Assembly (NCBI GenBank): GCA_018985235.1
Contig: JADGIG010000004.1
Coordinates: 1 to 64,000, forward strand
Length of the DNA stretch: 64,000 nt
Direction: 5' to 3'
Origin: Sanchytrium tribonematis
Taxonomy: Eukaryota
The position numbers were made by a program, and so were the translations under genes. The notes beneath the pieces were generated by a model. It was not told the DNA's origin, did no database searches, and saw only the letters and a program-made list of their open reading frames with translations. How positions within the stretch are numbered: the stretch's first letter is position 1; each line of letters begins with the position of its first letter. This document shows, one piece after another, positions 34,858-45,664 of this stretch.

Positions 34858-37200
34858 TTATTTTCGTTTCGTTTTTTTCTTGTCTCGTTTGGCAATTCTT
34901 TTTTGAGCACGTAAATCTTTTTTCAATCTCCGATCGACCATTTTATACTTTCCCTTAACACCATTAGGTCTCTTTTTTAAACCACGATTTGGTCCCTTGG
35001 CAACAACCACTGTTTTTTTCTTTCGCTCTACCTTATTTTGCTTCTTTGCCAGAACTTTCGCAATACTAATTGCTTTTTGCTTTTCGTTCATGTCTTCATC
35101 ATCATCAATTCGAGCCACTTGGTCAACAACTTTTTTGGCACGATTCATCATTCTACGTCTTTTACGCATTTGAGCCTCAAGCTCTTTCTTTGCTGGTTGA
35201 TCATTTACAGCCTTGACCTTGTCTCGAAATATTTGAACAGCTTCTTTGGAAAGCGGGACTTGTTTCTTATTGTGCTTATTTTCATCTTCTAAAAACCATT
35301 TTGGCAGGTTCTCGTCTATAAAGGTATTTCTGTTAAAGGAGTCATCTATAACAGCTTCTTTGTCTTTCACAATGCGCAACGCTAATTCTACAGCATCAGC
35401 CGTATCTAAAATAGGCTTATTTTTTAAAATTTCTGGATTTGCAGCTCTTGCATTTTCGAAATCAATAGCATCTTGATCGATATTTTCATACTCATTAGCG
35501 TTTAATCTTTGTTTTGAAATTGTCTCATGCACAAAATCTGGTAACTCATCATTTTTAAAAGGATTGTCATCAAATGGTGTCTCAATATCCACTTTTGTCT
35601 CCTCTTTTTGTCTTAATGCATCAACAAAAAGAGAATGCTCAAAAAATAAATTAGCTGCAGCTTCATCTTTTTGATTTTTGCCAATTTCCTCGCTTTCACT
35701 ATCAGAGGAGCTAATGTGATCAATTCTAGCTTGCTCCTCAGCAAAAGGATCAAAAACATCATTATTAGCCCAGGTCTCGCGCGCTTTGAGTTTAGGGTTA
35801 CTTTCAATCCTAGCATTTTTATACTGCTCATACATCTCATCAGTCTCTTTTGCAAGTCTATCATATCTATCCAAGCTGCTATCATCAGAATCTTCCTCGA
35901 CTTCATCTTCTGCACTTGAAAAATCAGAGGTGGCATAATCAACTTTCAAATTTGCTTCTTTTGCCTGTTTGGCCGAGAACAAGTCAAAATCAGTCTCAGC
36001 TTGATATAAATCAGCTTGATTAGTCATGTCCATTTGAACCCTTTTCATTTCTTTTGCCTTCTTTAATCTTTCCTTTTTAATTTGTCGTTTTCTGTCCTTT
36101 TTGACATTCTCATTCAACAAAGCCAACTCATTTGCAACATATTCAGCATCATCGATCTCGATAGGTTTGACTTCTGCCAAATCGTCAACTGTCTTCAGAT
36201 CTCGCTTAAATAATTCCTTTTTTAATTTTAATCTCCATCTAATTAGAGACTTAAAATCTTGCTTTCCTAAAACTTTCAAGTCCTCAATACTTTCAAGAAT
36301 ATCACTCTTTGTTAGTTTTGATTCTCTGATTTTTTCAATAGTCTCATAATCATTCTTTTCGCCACTCAACAAAATTTTATTGTGAGAGGCCAAAATCTCA
36401 ACAGGATCTTCACATCGCAAAAAATCCAAAATATTGATGGTTTTGAATAATGTCATATTATCATCTTCATATCCTTCCCTATGCCTTGGAGGTTTCTCTG
36501 GATTTAAAATTTTTTTCAAGCTAGTTCTAGATCCTTGAAGAAGATCTTGAAAGATATATTTAGGGTCAAGAAGTTTTGGATCTATCTTATCAGGAGCTTT
36601 AAAGTTTTGACAAACAACGAATATTTCAGCTGATTCATTTCTGGATGATGATGGTTTGGTAGCCTCAACAATACCAAAAAACTGATTAAAAACCCAAATA
36701 AGGGCCTGATAATCTTTTGAGCGAAAGACTTTTGTAACAAAACATCCACCCTTTCTTAAGAATTCTACAGCTAATTTGCAGGCGGAAAGTGTCAATTCGT
36801 TTTGTACAAAAGCATCACCAGACCAAGAACTTCCTACGTTTGGAGCTCCATCGTTGCAAACAACGTCTGCTTTCCAATCATTTATCAATCCTCGTAATTT
36901 ACCTCTGCAAGCTTGAGTAGTGATGTCACCCTCAAATGTTGTTACACCCGGAATGGTTTTGATAGGGACTAAGTCAACACCCACAATAATCGAGTTCTCT
37001 GGCATTTCCCTTGCTGCAACCTGTAAAAATCCACCGGGGGATGCACACAAATCGATTAAAACTTTGGCATCTTTTAAAAATCCATATTTTCGGTTCAATT
37101 GAATAAGTTTAAATGCAGCTCGACTTCTAAAACCCTGTTCTTTTGCCAATCTGTAAAATTTATCTAGACGATGTTTTCCGGTCTTTGCTTTCTTCCCCAT
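34858..37200 (-). CDS. SPB1: rRNA 2'-O-methyltransferase Spb1
   Basis: MGKKAKTGKHRLDKFY, DLCASPGG, DGAPNVG, KYKMVDRRLKKD. Confidence 0.96.
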   Translation of the reverse strand: MGKKAKTGKHRLDKFYRLAKEQGFRSRAAFKLIQLNRKYGFLKDAKVLIDLCASPGGFLQVAAREMPENSIIVGVDLVPIKTIPGVTTFEGDITTQACRGKLRGLINDWKADVVCNDGAPNVGSSWSGDAFVQNELTLSACKLAVEFLRKGGCFVTKVFRSKDYQALIWVFNQFFGIVEATKPSSSRNESAEIFVVCQNFKAPDKIDPKLLDPKYIFQDLLQGSRTSLKKILNPEKPPRHREGYEDDNMTLFKTINILDFLRCEDPVEILASHNKILLSGEKNDYETIEKIRESKLTKSDILESIEDLKVLGKQDFKSLIRWRLKLKKELFKRDLKTVDDLAEVKPIEIDDAEYVANELALLNENVKKDRKRQIKKERLKKAKEMKRVQMDMTNQADLYQAETDFDLFSAKQAKEANLKVDYATSDFSSAEDEVEEDSDDSSLDRYDRLAKETDEMYEQYKNARIESNPKLKARETWANNDVFDPFAEEQARIDHISSSDSESEEIGKNQKDEAAANLFFEHSLFVDALRQKEETKVDIETPFDDNPFKNDELPDFVHETISKQRLNANEYENIDQDAIDFENARAANPEILKNKPILDTADAVELALRIVKDKEAVIDDSFNRNTFIDENLPKWFLEDENKHNKKQVPLSKEAVQIFRDKVKAVNDQPAKKELEAQMRKRRRMMNRAKKVVDQVARIDDDEDMNEKQKAISIAKVLAKKQNKVERKKKTVVVAKGPNRGLKKRPNGVKGKYKMVDRRLKKDLRAQKRIAKRDKKKTKRK

Positions 37201-37362
37201 TCGTTTGTTCCTATTTGTACTTTCAGATTTTCGAGTCAATTTGAATTTCTTTTGTAAAGGTAAAATGCCTTTAGTTTATTAGTAGAAGGTTAAGATATGA
37301 TCAATTGTAAAAAATCATATTGATGGAGTTTAAATTTGAAACTTTGTCGACTGACTTAAATT

Positions 37363-39061
37363 ATGAAAAATGTGAAAAAACTCGCACAAGAAGTGGAGGA
37401 AGGCAACGTTGAGCATAAGCTAATCTTGAAACCTTCTGCTGAAGAGCGTCTTTCTCAGCTTGTCTCCCAGCTAAAATGGCGCTTAAGAGAGGGAAATGGA
37501 GAAGCTATATATGAATTAGGTGTTTCGGACGATGGTTTTCTGGTCGGTCTGAATGAGACTGAGCTTGAATCCTCGCTTCTTACACTAAAAGAGATGGCGG
37601 AGCAATTAGATGCGGATACTTCTGTTGTCCGGAGGGTAAAGGTAGAAGCATCACAACAAACCTCTCCCCAAGCAAATAGATTTTTAAGATATCAAAACGA
37701 CGACAAAAATGTCGACCGTTTTGCGATAGAGGTATTAGTTCGACAACGAAATAAAGTCCTTTGTCCTGAAATTAGATGTAGTATGTTTGGTAAAAAAGGA
37801 GCAGGCAAGACATCCTTGCTAGGATATCTAGCCAACGGAGAGCTGGATGACGGTAACGGATCGACCAGATTAAATATTCTGAGACATAGACATGAGGTTG
37901 AAACTGGTATAACTTCAAGTTTGACTCAAAAAAGTATTGGATTTTCTTCGACTGGAGCGATAATCCGTTCTGATATTTACTGGGCAGAAGGCTCTTTTGA
38001 AGAGTCAATTCTGGAGAGTAGTGCAAAAGTTGTAACTTTTATGGATACATCTGGCGATCAAAAATACCAAAAAACTGTATACGGCGGCATTCTTGGAAAT
38101 CCCGACTACCTTTGCATTGTTGTTTCTGCCCTCGAAAAAGGTCTTAGTCATTCGGATATTGAGCTTTTGAAAATGTCACAAGTTATTAACAACGTCCCGG
38201 CATTTATTATTATAACAAAATCTGATCTTGTAGATACAAAGCAACTAGATTTTTTCTTAAGTCTTGTCAAAGATCAGTTACAAATGCCATTTATAAAAAG
38301 TCTTCCTGTACATATTCAAAGCGAAAGTGACGTTCTGATCGCTATCAACAAATTTAAAAGGTTAGAATTACTAATTTAGTGGCATTGTCCCTATATTAAA
38401 CATTTCAAATGTTACAGGTAAACACTCAGAGTTTTTGGAAAAATTTTTAAATCTTCTTCCGTATAATGAAGGCAGCACCTCAGATATTGCCAATCTGGAA
38501 TTTCAAATTGATGAAATTTTCATGATTCCTGAAATAGGTGCCATTATTGGCGGACTTATTTTAAACGGATGTGCTCTGGAAGATGAAGTTTACCATCTTG
38601 GACCATTACCTGATGGATCTTCAGTCCAAGTGAAAGTCAAGTCAATCCATCGACAACGTAGTTGTGTAAATGAGCTAAAATGCGGACAAGCGGGAACAGT
38701 ATGTATTGAACCCGTACTGCAACATATATTGCTAGATTCCAAGTCAAAGGAAAAAGGTATTCGTCTGAGAAAAGGTATGGTTCTCCTTAAAGGACCGTTA
38801 TTGCAATTTGCAACTGAATTCACAGCAATCTGTGAATTGATTACTGATGAGGGTATTCAGGGAGTATCCCTGGATATATCTGGAAAGGTTTACATCGGAT
38901 CGATGCATTCAAACGGCAAAATAAGAAAATATACTCATTTAAAAGAAAAGCAATATCATCTTGAAATAACTTTGTCAACTATTGAATGGATTAGATCTGG
39001 ATTGAAATTTATTTTCTTCTCGAAGACCCATGGGCTAAAATTCTGCGGGTCTATTCAATAA
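37363..39061 (+). CDS. GTPBP1/2-family translational GTPase (2 exons)
   Basis: EEGNVEHKL...WRLREGNGEAIY, RHRHEVETGITSS; intron 38361-38379 restores IVPILNISNVTG...FLNLLP. Confidence 0.9.
38361..38379 (+). other. 19-nt spliceosomal intron
   Basis: AAAAG|gttagaattactaatttag|TGGC. Confidence 0.93.
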
Positions 39062-39157
39062 ATTCTTTCAATTTAAATAATTGAATATTTCTAGATTCGC
39101 AATGTCAAAAATAAGTATTGTAGTTATTAATTGCTTTATTTGCATATAATTTATAGC

Positions 39158-39322
39158 TTAATAGTTGTCGTCCCTGGAGACCTTCTTATCATTAAATAAA
39201 CACTGACGTGAACAATACATTCCTCTGCAACCTTTCGACACCTTCTTTCCACACAGACACCAATAGCCGAATACACACTCATCCAATGTAGAGCCGCTTC
39301 CTAATCTCTTATCTAATTGCAT
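39158..39322 (-). CDS. Ecl1-like zinc-finger microprotein A (54 aa)
   Basis: MQLDKRLGSGSTLDECVFGYWCLCGKKVSKGCRGMYCSRQCLFNDKKVSRDDNY*; below the ORF-track cutoff; paralogous to 39567-39728. Confidence 0.8.
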   Translation of the reverse strand: MQLDKRLGSGSTLDECVFGYWCLCGKKVSKGCRGMYCSRQCLFNDKKVSRDDNY

Positions 39323-39349
39323 TCTTTGTATTTAGGATCCCCATTGTTC

Positions 39350-39560
39350 TTTATATATCGGCGATCATGAAGTCATCACCCACGTGCTCATTTTCTGGAA
39401 CGTGTTGAGAGAACGTTTACAACAGAAGTGAGTCAGAGACATAGCTTGACATCAATCTTTATAAACAATAAATATTATTACACTTATTATCAGACCTCAT
39501 TTTTGAGTGCGTCCTTAAAAAGTCATTTGACTTCTTATCAGTGCTTATCATCTTTATCAA
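39350..39560 (-). promoter_or_regulatory. Motif-rich promoter of microprotein A
   Basis: TATATAAA 39350-39357 (minus), CACGTG 39381-39386, TTCTGGAA 39393-39400, TGAGTCA 39429-39435, three TGATAA sites 39534-39559. Confidence 0.5.
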
Positions 39561-39566
39561 CAATAT

Positions 39567-39728
39567 CTATTTATTAATTTTGGAGCTTCTAATTTCGCTG
39601 AGTAGACATTCTCTGCTGCAATACAAGCCAGATTGCGTCCTTTTACCGCAATAACAATAACAGCCAAAGACTTCAAGACTATCGGTCATCAACATTTGTT
39701 TTATAATTTGCCCACAGTGAGGTGCCAT
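39567..39728 (-). CDS. Ecl1-like zinc-finger microprotein B (53 aa)
   Basis: MAPHCGQIIKQMLMTDSLEVFGCYCYCGKRTQSGLYCSRECLLSEIRSSKINK*; start could be an internal Met. Confidence 0.8.
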   Translation of the reverse strand: MAPHCGQIIKQMLMTDSLEVFGCYCYCGKRTQSGLYCSRECLLSEIRSSKINK

Positions 39729-39814
39729 TCGCTCCTCAATTACGCAATTCGAGGAGAACTTGGTCTAAGTATTATTGGAAATGTGGCAACATATTAAAGA
39801 TAAACGTAAGAAGT

Positions 39815-41110
39815 TTATTGCTTCAGTTTTTCTAATGCGGAAGTGAAAGAATTAAAAATATCTGGCCCATAAGATCCAAATTCCTTCTTGAAAACAGACA
39901 TTGTAGGCTTTAATATATACTTTAAATCTCCAGCAATGCTGCTCTCAGTATCTTTGATTTCTATTTCGTCCGCTGCTCTTCGAAGCTGCGCTAAATTTAA
40001 TGCGATACTTGCAATCAATTCTGATTTGACTTTTTCTTTATCATCATCCATAGACTGTTCAAGAGATTCGCTAATTTTAGACATATTTGGAATAAGTAGC
40101 ACTCTTACAGCTTCTGGACCAATTATATTGATTCCCAGAATGGAACCGTATTTTGTAGCAATCGATTTCGAAGAATCCAAAAGTGACAGCATGAATGTTT
40201 TAGCCAGTCTAGGTTTTAAAGTTGGGTAATGAACAGAATACTTATTAACAAACAATGAGACAACTGATGCAGCATTTCTTCGCAACGCCCAGTGGTCGCC
40301 ATTACTAGCGACAGATTTGGCAAGTACACATGAAAGTAAAAGAGGCAAAAACTGGTGTAAATATGGCTCAATAAATAATTCAGGATTGCCATATAAAGCC
40401 CTGGTAAATTCTATCATATTATTCAGCTTTGTATAATTATGAAAATGAGCTTGGATCTGATCACATATCCACTTTATAAAATACGGCAGCATTTGTTGAA
40501 GTCCACCGTCAGATTTTACTTGCTGCAATGCAAAATCTACAGCTTTTTGGTCTTGAGTCATAAATGTTACGATCTTATCGTAATACTTCGATGCCTCTTG
40601 AGTCATGACATGAGGTAACATTGGCTTTATAATGGTGTCTAATGTCTTATTCTCTTCCTCCACCGCCGGTCGAAAAGTGGCAGCTTTGACATCACTTGGA
40701 AGAGGATTTTCTGGAATTAAAGGTTGGTGACCCTCAACAGCTAGCCAATGTGCATGCCAATTTACAGGTGGTGGTAATTTTGGAGCCTGAAGCCTTAGTA
40801 ATTGCTCTAAATCAATTTCCTCGTCCTGCAGATAAAACAAAGATTGCTGAGGAACAGATCTAAATTGAGCAGGTGATATAAATCCGTAAATAGGCTCTGA
40901 ATTTCTGGCCGCAAGTGCCGAATTTATATCTTCGGACATAAGTAAGGACGATTTAGAATGGATTTGAAATTTACGGGCATCTTGAATTATTTGCCGTACG
41001 CGATATTCAACGTCATTGGCAATAACTGAAGCCACAGAGTCATCTACAGCTAGACCGAGACTCTCTGCTAGTACTAAAACATGATCTTTAGGAAGCAATG
41101 ATTCTTCCAT
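39815..41110 (-). CDS. TAF6: TFIID/SAGA subunit Taf6
   Basis: Histone fold (DVEYRVRQIIQDA), HWLAVEGHQPLIPENP, GLQQMLPYF, PYLHQ. Confidence 0.95.
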   Translation of the reverse strand: MEESLLPKDHVLVLAESLGLAVDDSVASVIANDVEYRVRQIIQDARKFQIHSKSSLLMSEDINSALAARNSEPIYGFISPAQFRSVPQQSLFYLQDEEIDLEQLLRLQAPKLPPPVNWHAHWLAVEGHQPLIPENPLPSDVKAATFRPAVEEENKTLDTIIKPMLPHVMTQEASKYYDKIVTFMTQDQKAVDFALQQVKSDGGLQQMLPYFIKWICDQIQAHFHNYTKLNNMIEFTRALYGNPELFIEPYLHQFLPLLLSCVLAKSVASNGDHWALRRNAASVVSLFVNKYSVHYPTLKPRLAKTFMLSLLDSSKSIATKYGSILGINIIGPEAVRVLLIPNMSKISESLEQSMDDDKEKVKSELIASIALNLAQLRRAADEIEIKDTESSIAGDLKYILKPTMSVFKKEFGSYGPDIFNSFTSALEKLKQ

Positions 41111-41166
41111 TGTCAGAAGGAGAAATTATTTGAACAATTTCCGAAAATTTATGAATGAATCGTGCT

Positions 41167-42486
41167 TTATTCAATAGTAGTCAGCACTCTTGTTAGTACA
41201 CCAGCGTCAACAGATCTCATTAGCTCTCTAATTTCGTCAACCTTTTTACGATTTTCACTTTTTTCCCCATTGCCAGTATTAACATCTGCTAAAAAGTAAG
41301 ACACTTCTCCCCAAGATTCGCATAATTGTCTTTCAATATTATACTTTGATAAAAGTGTGTTAATTCTATTGAGCACCCCAGGAACATTCTTATGAACATT
41401 GATAATCCGAACACACGGCGGAATCAGGTTCTTGAGGGCAATTTGCGGAAAATTGACTGCGCCTTGAGTGGTTCCATGTGTCAAATAGCTAGTAATATTA
41501 CGTGAGACTTCATCACCGATAGCTGTTTGAGCTTCCTCAGTACTTCCACCAATATGTGGGGTCAAGATAACATTATTCAGCTTTAACAATCTTGATTGAA
41601 ATCCAGGACCATTGCTCGCTGGCTCTTCTGGAAAAACATCAATGGCTGCACCAGCCAGGTGTCCAGATTCCAGTACATCCGCAAGAGCATTTAAGTCTAC
41701 CACTGTGCCTCTCGAAGCATTAATAAAATAAGAGTTCTTTTTCATTAGTTTAAATTGAGTTATACCAATCATATTTCTGGTTTCTTCGGTAAGTGGGACA
41801 TGCAAAGAGACATAGTCTGCTTTGCAAAGAACACCTTTTAGACTTGACATTGATACGGCCGAACCGAGTGGCATAATTGGTAAAATATCATAAAAAATAA
41901 CTTTCATTCCTAGAGCTTCGGCTAATACACTCAATTGACTCCCAATATGACCATATCCAACAATACCCAGCGTCTTTCCTCTTACTTCATAGCAGCCTCT
42001 AGACACCTTTTGCCAGTCACCATTATGCATTTTGTTATTCAAATCACCCAATTTGCGAGCCAAGACAATTATTTCTGCAATTACCAATTCAGCAACACTT
42101 CTTGAATTTGAGAAGGGAGAATTGAACACGGGAATGCCACGTCTAGCAGCAAATGTCAAATCTACCTGGTTGGTTCCAATGCAAAAGCAGCCTACAGCTA
42201 ATAGATTTTGGGCATATTCTAATGCCTCTTTATCAAGCTGAGTTTTGGACCTGATTCCAATAACGTGAGCATCTTTAATTTTTTCAAACAATTGAGCCCT
42301 GGGTAGTGCACTTGGAATCAATTCCACATCAAAACCAAATCCTTTAAATTTTTCAACAGCAACTGGTGAAACTCCCTCGAGTAACAGGATATTCATGTGC
42401 TCTGGTTTGATTCTAGAGTCTTGTTGGTCCAAAACTAAAAAATCATGGGAATAGTGAATGGGACTTTGCACTGAACTCTCAGTCAT
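41167..42486 (-). CDS. SER3: D-3-phosphoglycerate dehydrogenase
   Basis: GIRSKT, CFCIGTNQVD, GYGHIGSQL, TPHIGGSTEEAQ, ACT domain. Confidence 0.96.
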   Translation of the reverse strand: MTESSVQSPIHYSHDFLVLDQQDSRIKPEHMNILLLEGVSPVAVEKFKGFGFDVELIPSALPRAQLFEKIKDAHVIGIRSKTQLDKEALEYAQNLLAVGCFCIGTNQVDLTFAARRGIPVFNSPFSNSRSVAELVIAEIIVLARKLGDLNNKMHNGDWQKVSRGCYEVRGKTLGIVGYGHIGSQLSVLAEALGMKVIFYDILPIMPLGSAVSMSSLKGVLCKADYVSLHVPLTEETRNMIGITQFKLMKKNSYFINASRGTVVDLNALADVLESGHLAGAAIDVFPEEPASNGPGFQSRLLKLNNVILTPHIGGSTEEAQTAIGDEVSRNITSYLTHGTTQGAVNFPQIALKNLIPPCVRIINVHKNVPGVLNRINTLLSKYNIERQLCESWGEVSYFLADVNTGNGEKSENRKKVDEIRELMRSVDAGVLTRVLTTIE

Positions 42487-42570
42487 TATTTTGATGTTTC
42501 GAGATAAAATGAAGGAGAAATGATAAGATATGTAGCTTATTTATTGAGAACTGACAGTGCATGAGACAAG

Positions 42571-45124
42571 TTACACGTTGAAAATCATCTTCAGACTGTC
42601 GTCAAGAATAACTTCGTCACCTAGGCCTTTTCGCCGCCTTGTTTTCAGCAAATAATCAGTAGCTAATAATTGAACCGGAGAGGGCTCGAGTGGTTCTATA
42701 TTTATAGGTTGAAATACTCCCAACAAAGGATCGCTTTCTAAAATTTGATAGTGACTAAATTGACTATAGACCATTGCTGCACCCTGAGTTACCATTCGAA
42801 TATCCACTTCGCAGCCAAAACTATCCAAAGCTGGAACTTGGCATTTCATACAAAACAATGACGTAGAAGGTATAGCGTAGCTTGCAAGGACATTACCACG
42901 CCGACGATTAAGCATTTTTGACACCGCATTGAAACACTCTTTGGGACACAACACATCGTAGTACAAATATGGCTCAACAAATCTTGGCGAAGCACTTAAA
43001 ATGCTGTTGAAACAAGATTTTCTCATCGTTGGAATAATTTGACCAGTTTCCAAATCATCGGATCTAATATTTACAAGCTTAATTTTGGTGCCATAGACAT
43101 AGTCGTCGCATAAAGGACCTTGTCGACATGCCCATTGAAATCCTTTCACAAACGGACCTCGATTCTCGTCAAATTTGGTCCGACTTTCGTCTAAAATATC
43201 GTTGACAAGTGCACATGTACTAAAATCTTCAGGGCCAAGACACCACAATCCGTCGACTGCAAGATGATCCCAATAATTTGAGAAATCAACATTTTTCTTC
43301 TCAAAATGAAGCTTCCGACAAAGCTCACTCTCCATTGGCTCTGCCACAGTGGTAATCATGGTTCTAAATTAATCAAAAATACTTCAAGTTTGGGGATATT
43401 GAGTGACATTGAATTTGGGATGACTCCATGACAGTTTCTCTCAATTTGGCAACCGGATCACTTACTCGTATATCACAGTCACAAAAATAACGTAGATCAT
43501 GCAGGGCACAATCTAACAAGAATTCTGATGGAGAAAACAATCCATATTCGCCACTATCTTCCATTTTGAATTCAATACCAGGGTACATTCTGGTTAACAC
43601 AACAACATGTTCTAACATTCTTTTTAAATGAGACGGGATTCTTGGTTCTATTGCTATATAAAGCCATTTTGGATCTGACATGAGTATATTTTCGAAAGAT
43701 TCGATAGGGCCGGTAAAATTTGAGGATACGAAGAGTGAGTACGGTCTGACATTTTCTGTGACAGGAAACAAGAAAATTTCACCGATTTTAGCACTTTTAA
43801 GAGAAATTAATGATCTTGCAAATGGAATGTAGAGCTCTGAGATAATTTCTATGAATTCTTCACCTTTCGATCGTACCCTAAACTTATTACCTGGTATCAC
43901 CGCACCACTTACTACTTTACCTAATGCATAGAGACGATTAAAATAATAAATGTTAGCAACTTGAATAACGTTCATATCACTATGAAAGGACTCAATCGAT
44001 TTGTAAATTAGAGAGTGAGTATCAGGGTATCGACACAAATAATTACTCTTGGAATCGGAGAATGGTGGCAGTTGACTAATTAGATGAATTACGGGTATTG
44101 GGCTACCAATCCAAGTTTGCAAAACTGCTTTACAAATAAGATTTGGATTTTGTTTATGAATTGATTGCGGGAGGCGAATATTCATAGCAGAGATGAATGC
44201 CTTCACATCATCAACAGGATCACCAAGAACTATGCCATAAATTTTATATAAAGGTTCTAATATAAAATCTGAAAAAGTTGTACATTTGTCTGATTTCACA
44301 AATTTAGAATCTTTGAATTCGTAATTTTGCCATAATCGAGGCGTAAATTCGCTAAGTGGTAAAGTGATTTTGGACTTGGCCAAATATTGTTCAGCAAAAC
44401 TCATCAAAGTAAAACACCAGCCATCTTTAAGGCTACTAAATGCTATATTATCCAACAGAGGATCAATTTTTTGAGACAAATCACCACCGCATTTAAGAAT
44501 ATGCCGATTGAGGTCATTAATTACACATAGAATTTTCTGATAAGCATCAAATGGAGGTAATTTCAATTCTACGATAAGACGATCTATTTTGTTGAGAATA
44601 ACAACCATTTTGATACTATATTTCAGGCAATATTCTATAGTCGTTCTAGTCACAAGTTGAACACCCTCAACAACATCAATAACCAAGGTGCAACCATCTG
44701 CAATTAGTAAATTTTGATATTCATAAATACATCCGCTATGTCCCGGCATGTCGATCATATTAAATTGCATTGTTTTTCTTCCACTTACTTGCAGTGATAT
44801 TGGAGTCGAAAGTATAGAGACTTTCTTCGCTTTTTCTAAAATATGGTGATCGGTAAAACGAGTAACGCTTTGTAAAGTGCTTGATATTAGATAATCAACT
44901 AAAGACGTTTTGCCAGAATGTAAGTTCCCACATATTAAAAATGTTCTATGTCGATCTTCAGTCAGATAATCAACAAATTGCGGTTTAATTTTGTTTGGTA
45001 TCGAATAAAGCTGATTAAAAGACTTCATTTTAATAACAGGCTCATTAATATCCATCATGTCCTCTTTTTCGACATATATTTCAGCATTGTTGTACATTTC
45101 ATTGGATTTGATCAATTGGGTCAT
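42571..45124 (-). CDS. SNU114: U5 snRNP GTPase Snu114/EFTUD2, divergent (2 exons)
   Basis: GNLHSGKT, DMPGH, NKIDRLIVELKLPPFDAY, FQWACRQGPLCD, KTRRRKGL; intron 43364-43382 gives SPNLKTMITTVAEPM. Confidence 0.93.
43364..43382 (-). other. 19-nt spliceosomal intron
   Basis: TTGAA|gtatttttgattaatttag|AACC. Confidence 0.93.
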
Positions 45125-45165
45125 TTCCTCCTTTGTTGCAAATTTTATTTTATTGAATCAACACC

Positions 45166-45654
45166 ATGGTGAAAGAAGTAACGACACAAAGCGAAATTGA
45201 TAAAACAAACGGGAAAATTATATGCGACTTCACTGCAACTTGGTGCGGACCTTGCAAACAGATTAAGCCAGTATTCGAAAAATTAGAAAAAGAATACTCA
45301 TCGTTGAAATTTATATGCGTGGATGTCGACAAATGTCCAGATATTGCGAAAAAGTACGGTGTCACTGCTATGCCAACATTTGTTGTTATACAAAATTCTA
45401 ATTCAATTGATGAATTAAAAGGTGCATCTCCAAATGCTCTGCGCAACTTATGCGACAAGCATAAGGGCCCTTCGGCATTTTCTGGAAAAGGCTATGTTTT
45501 AGGTTCTACTACACCAGTGAGCTCTACAGGGACCAGGATTTTACAACAAGGCACTAGTTTTCAACCGCCTGCTACTTTGAAAACTATTGTGTTGTTTTTA
45601 TTTCCTTTTTTGATATATTTGGCAGTTTCATATATTTATAGCCTCATTAAGTAA
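45166..45654 (+). CDS. Thioredoxin with SHP-box-like motif and C-terminal TM anchor
   Basis: WCGPC; FSGKGYVLGS; hydrophobic tail. Confidence 0.9.
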   Translation: MVKEVTTQSEIDKTNGKIICDFTATWCGPCKQIKPVFEKLEKEYSSLKFICVDVDKCPDIAKKYGVTAMPTFVVIQNSNSIDELKGASPNALRNLCDKHKGPSAFSGKGYVLGSTTPVSSTGTRILQQGTSFQPPATLKTIVLFLFPFLIYLAVSYIYSLIK

Positions 45655-45664
45655 TAAACCGAAT

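Noticed and set aside
39632..39652. Hairpin ATTGCG-TCCTTTTAC-CGCAAT resembling U5 snRNA loop 1
   Set aside because: The first loop base differs from GCCUUUUAC, no U5 long stem is apparent, and it is the antisense of the YCGKRTQ codons of microprotein B
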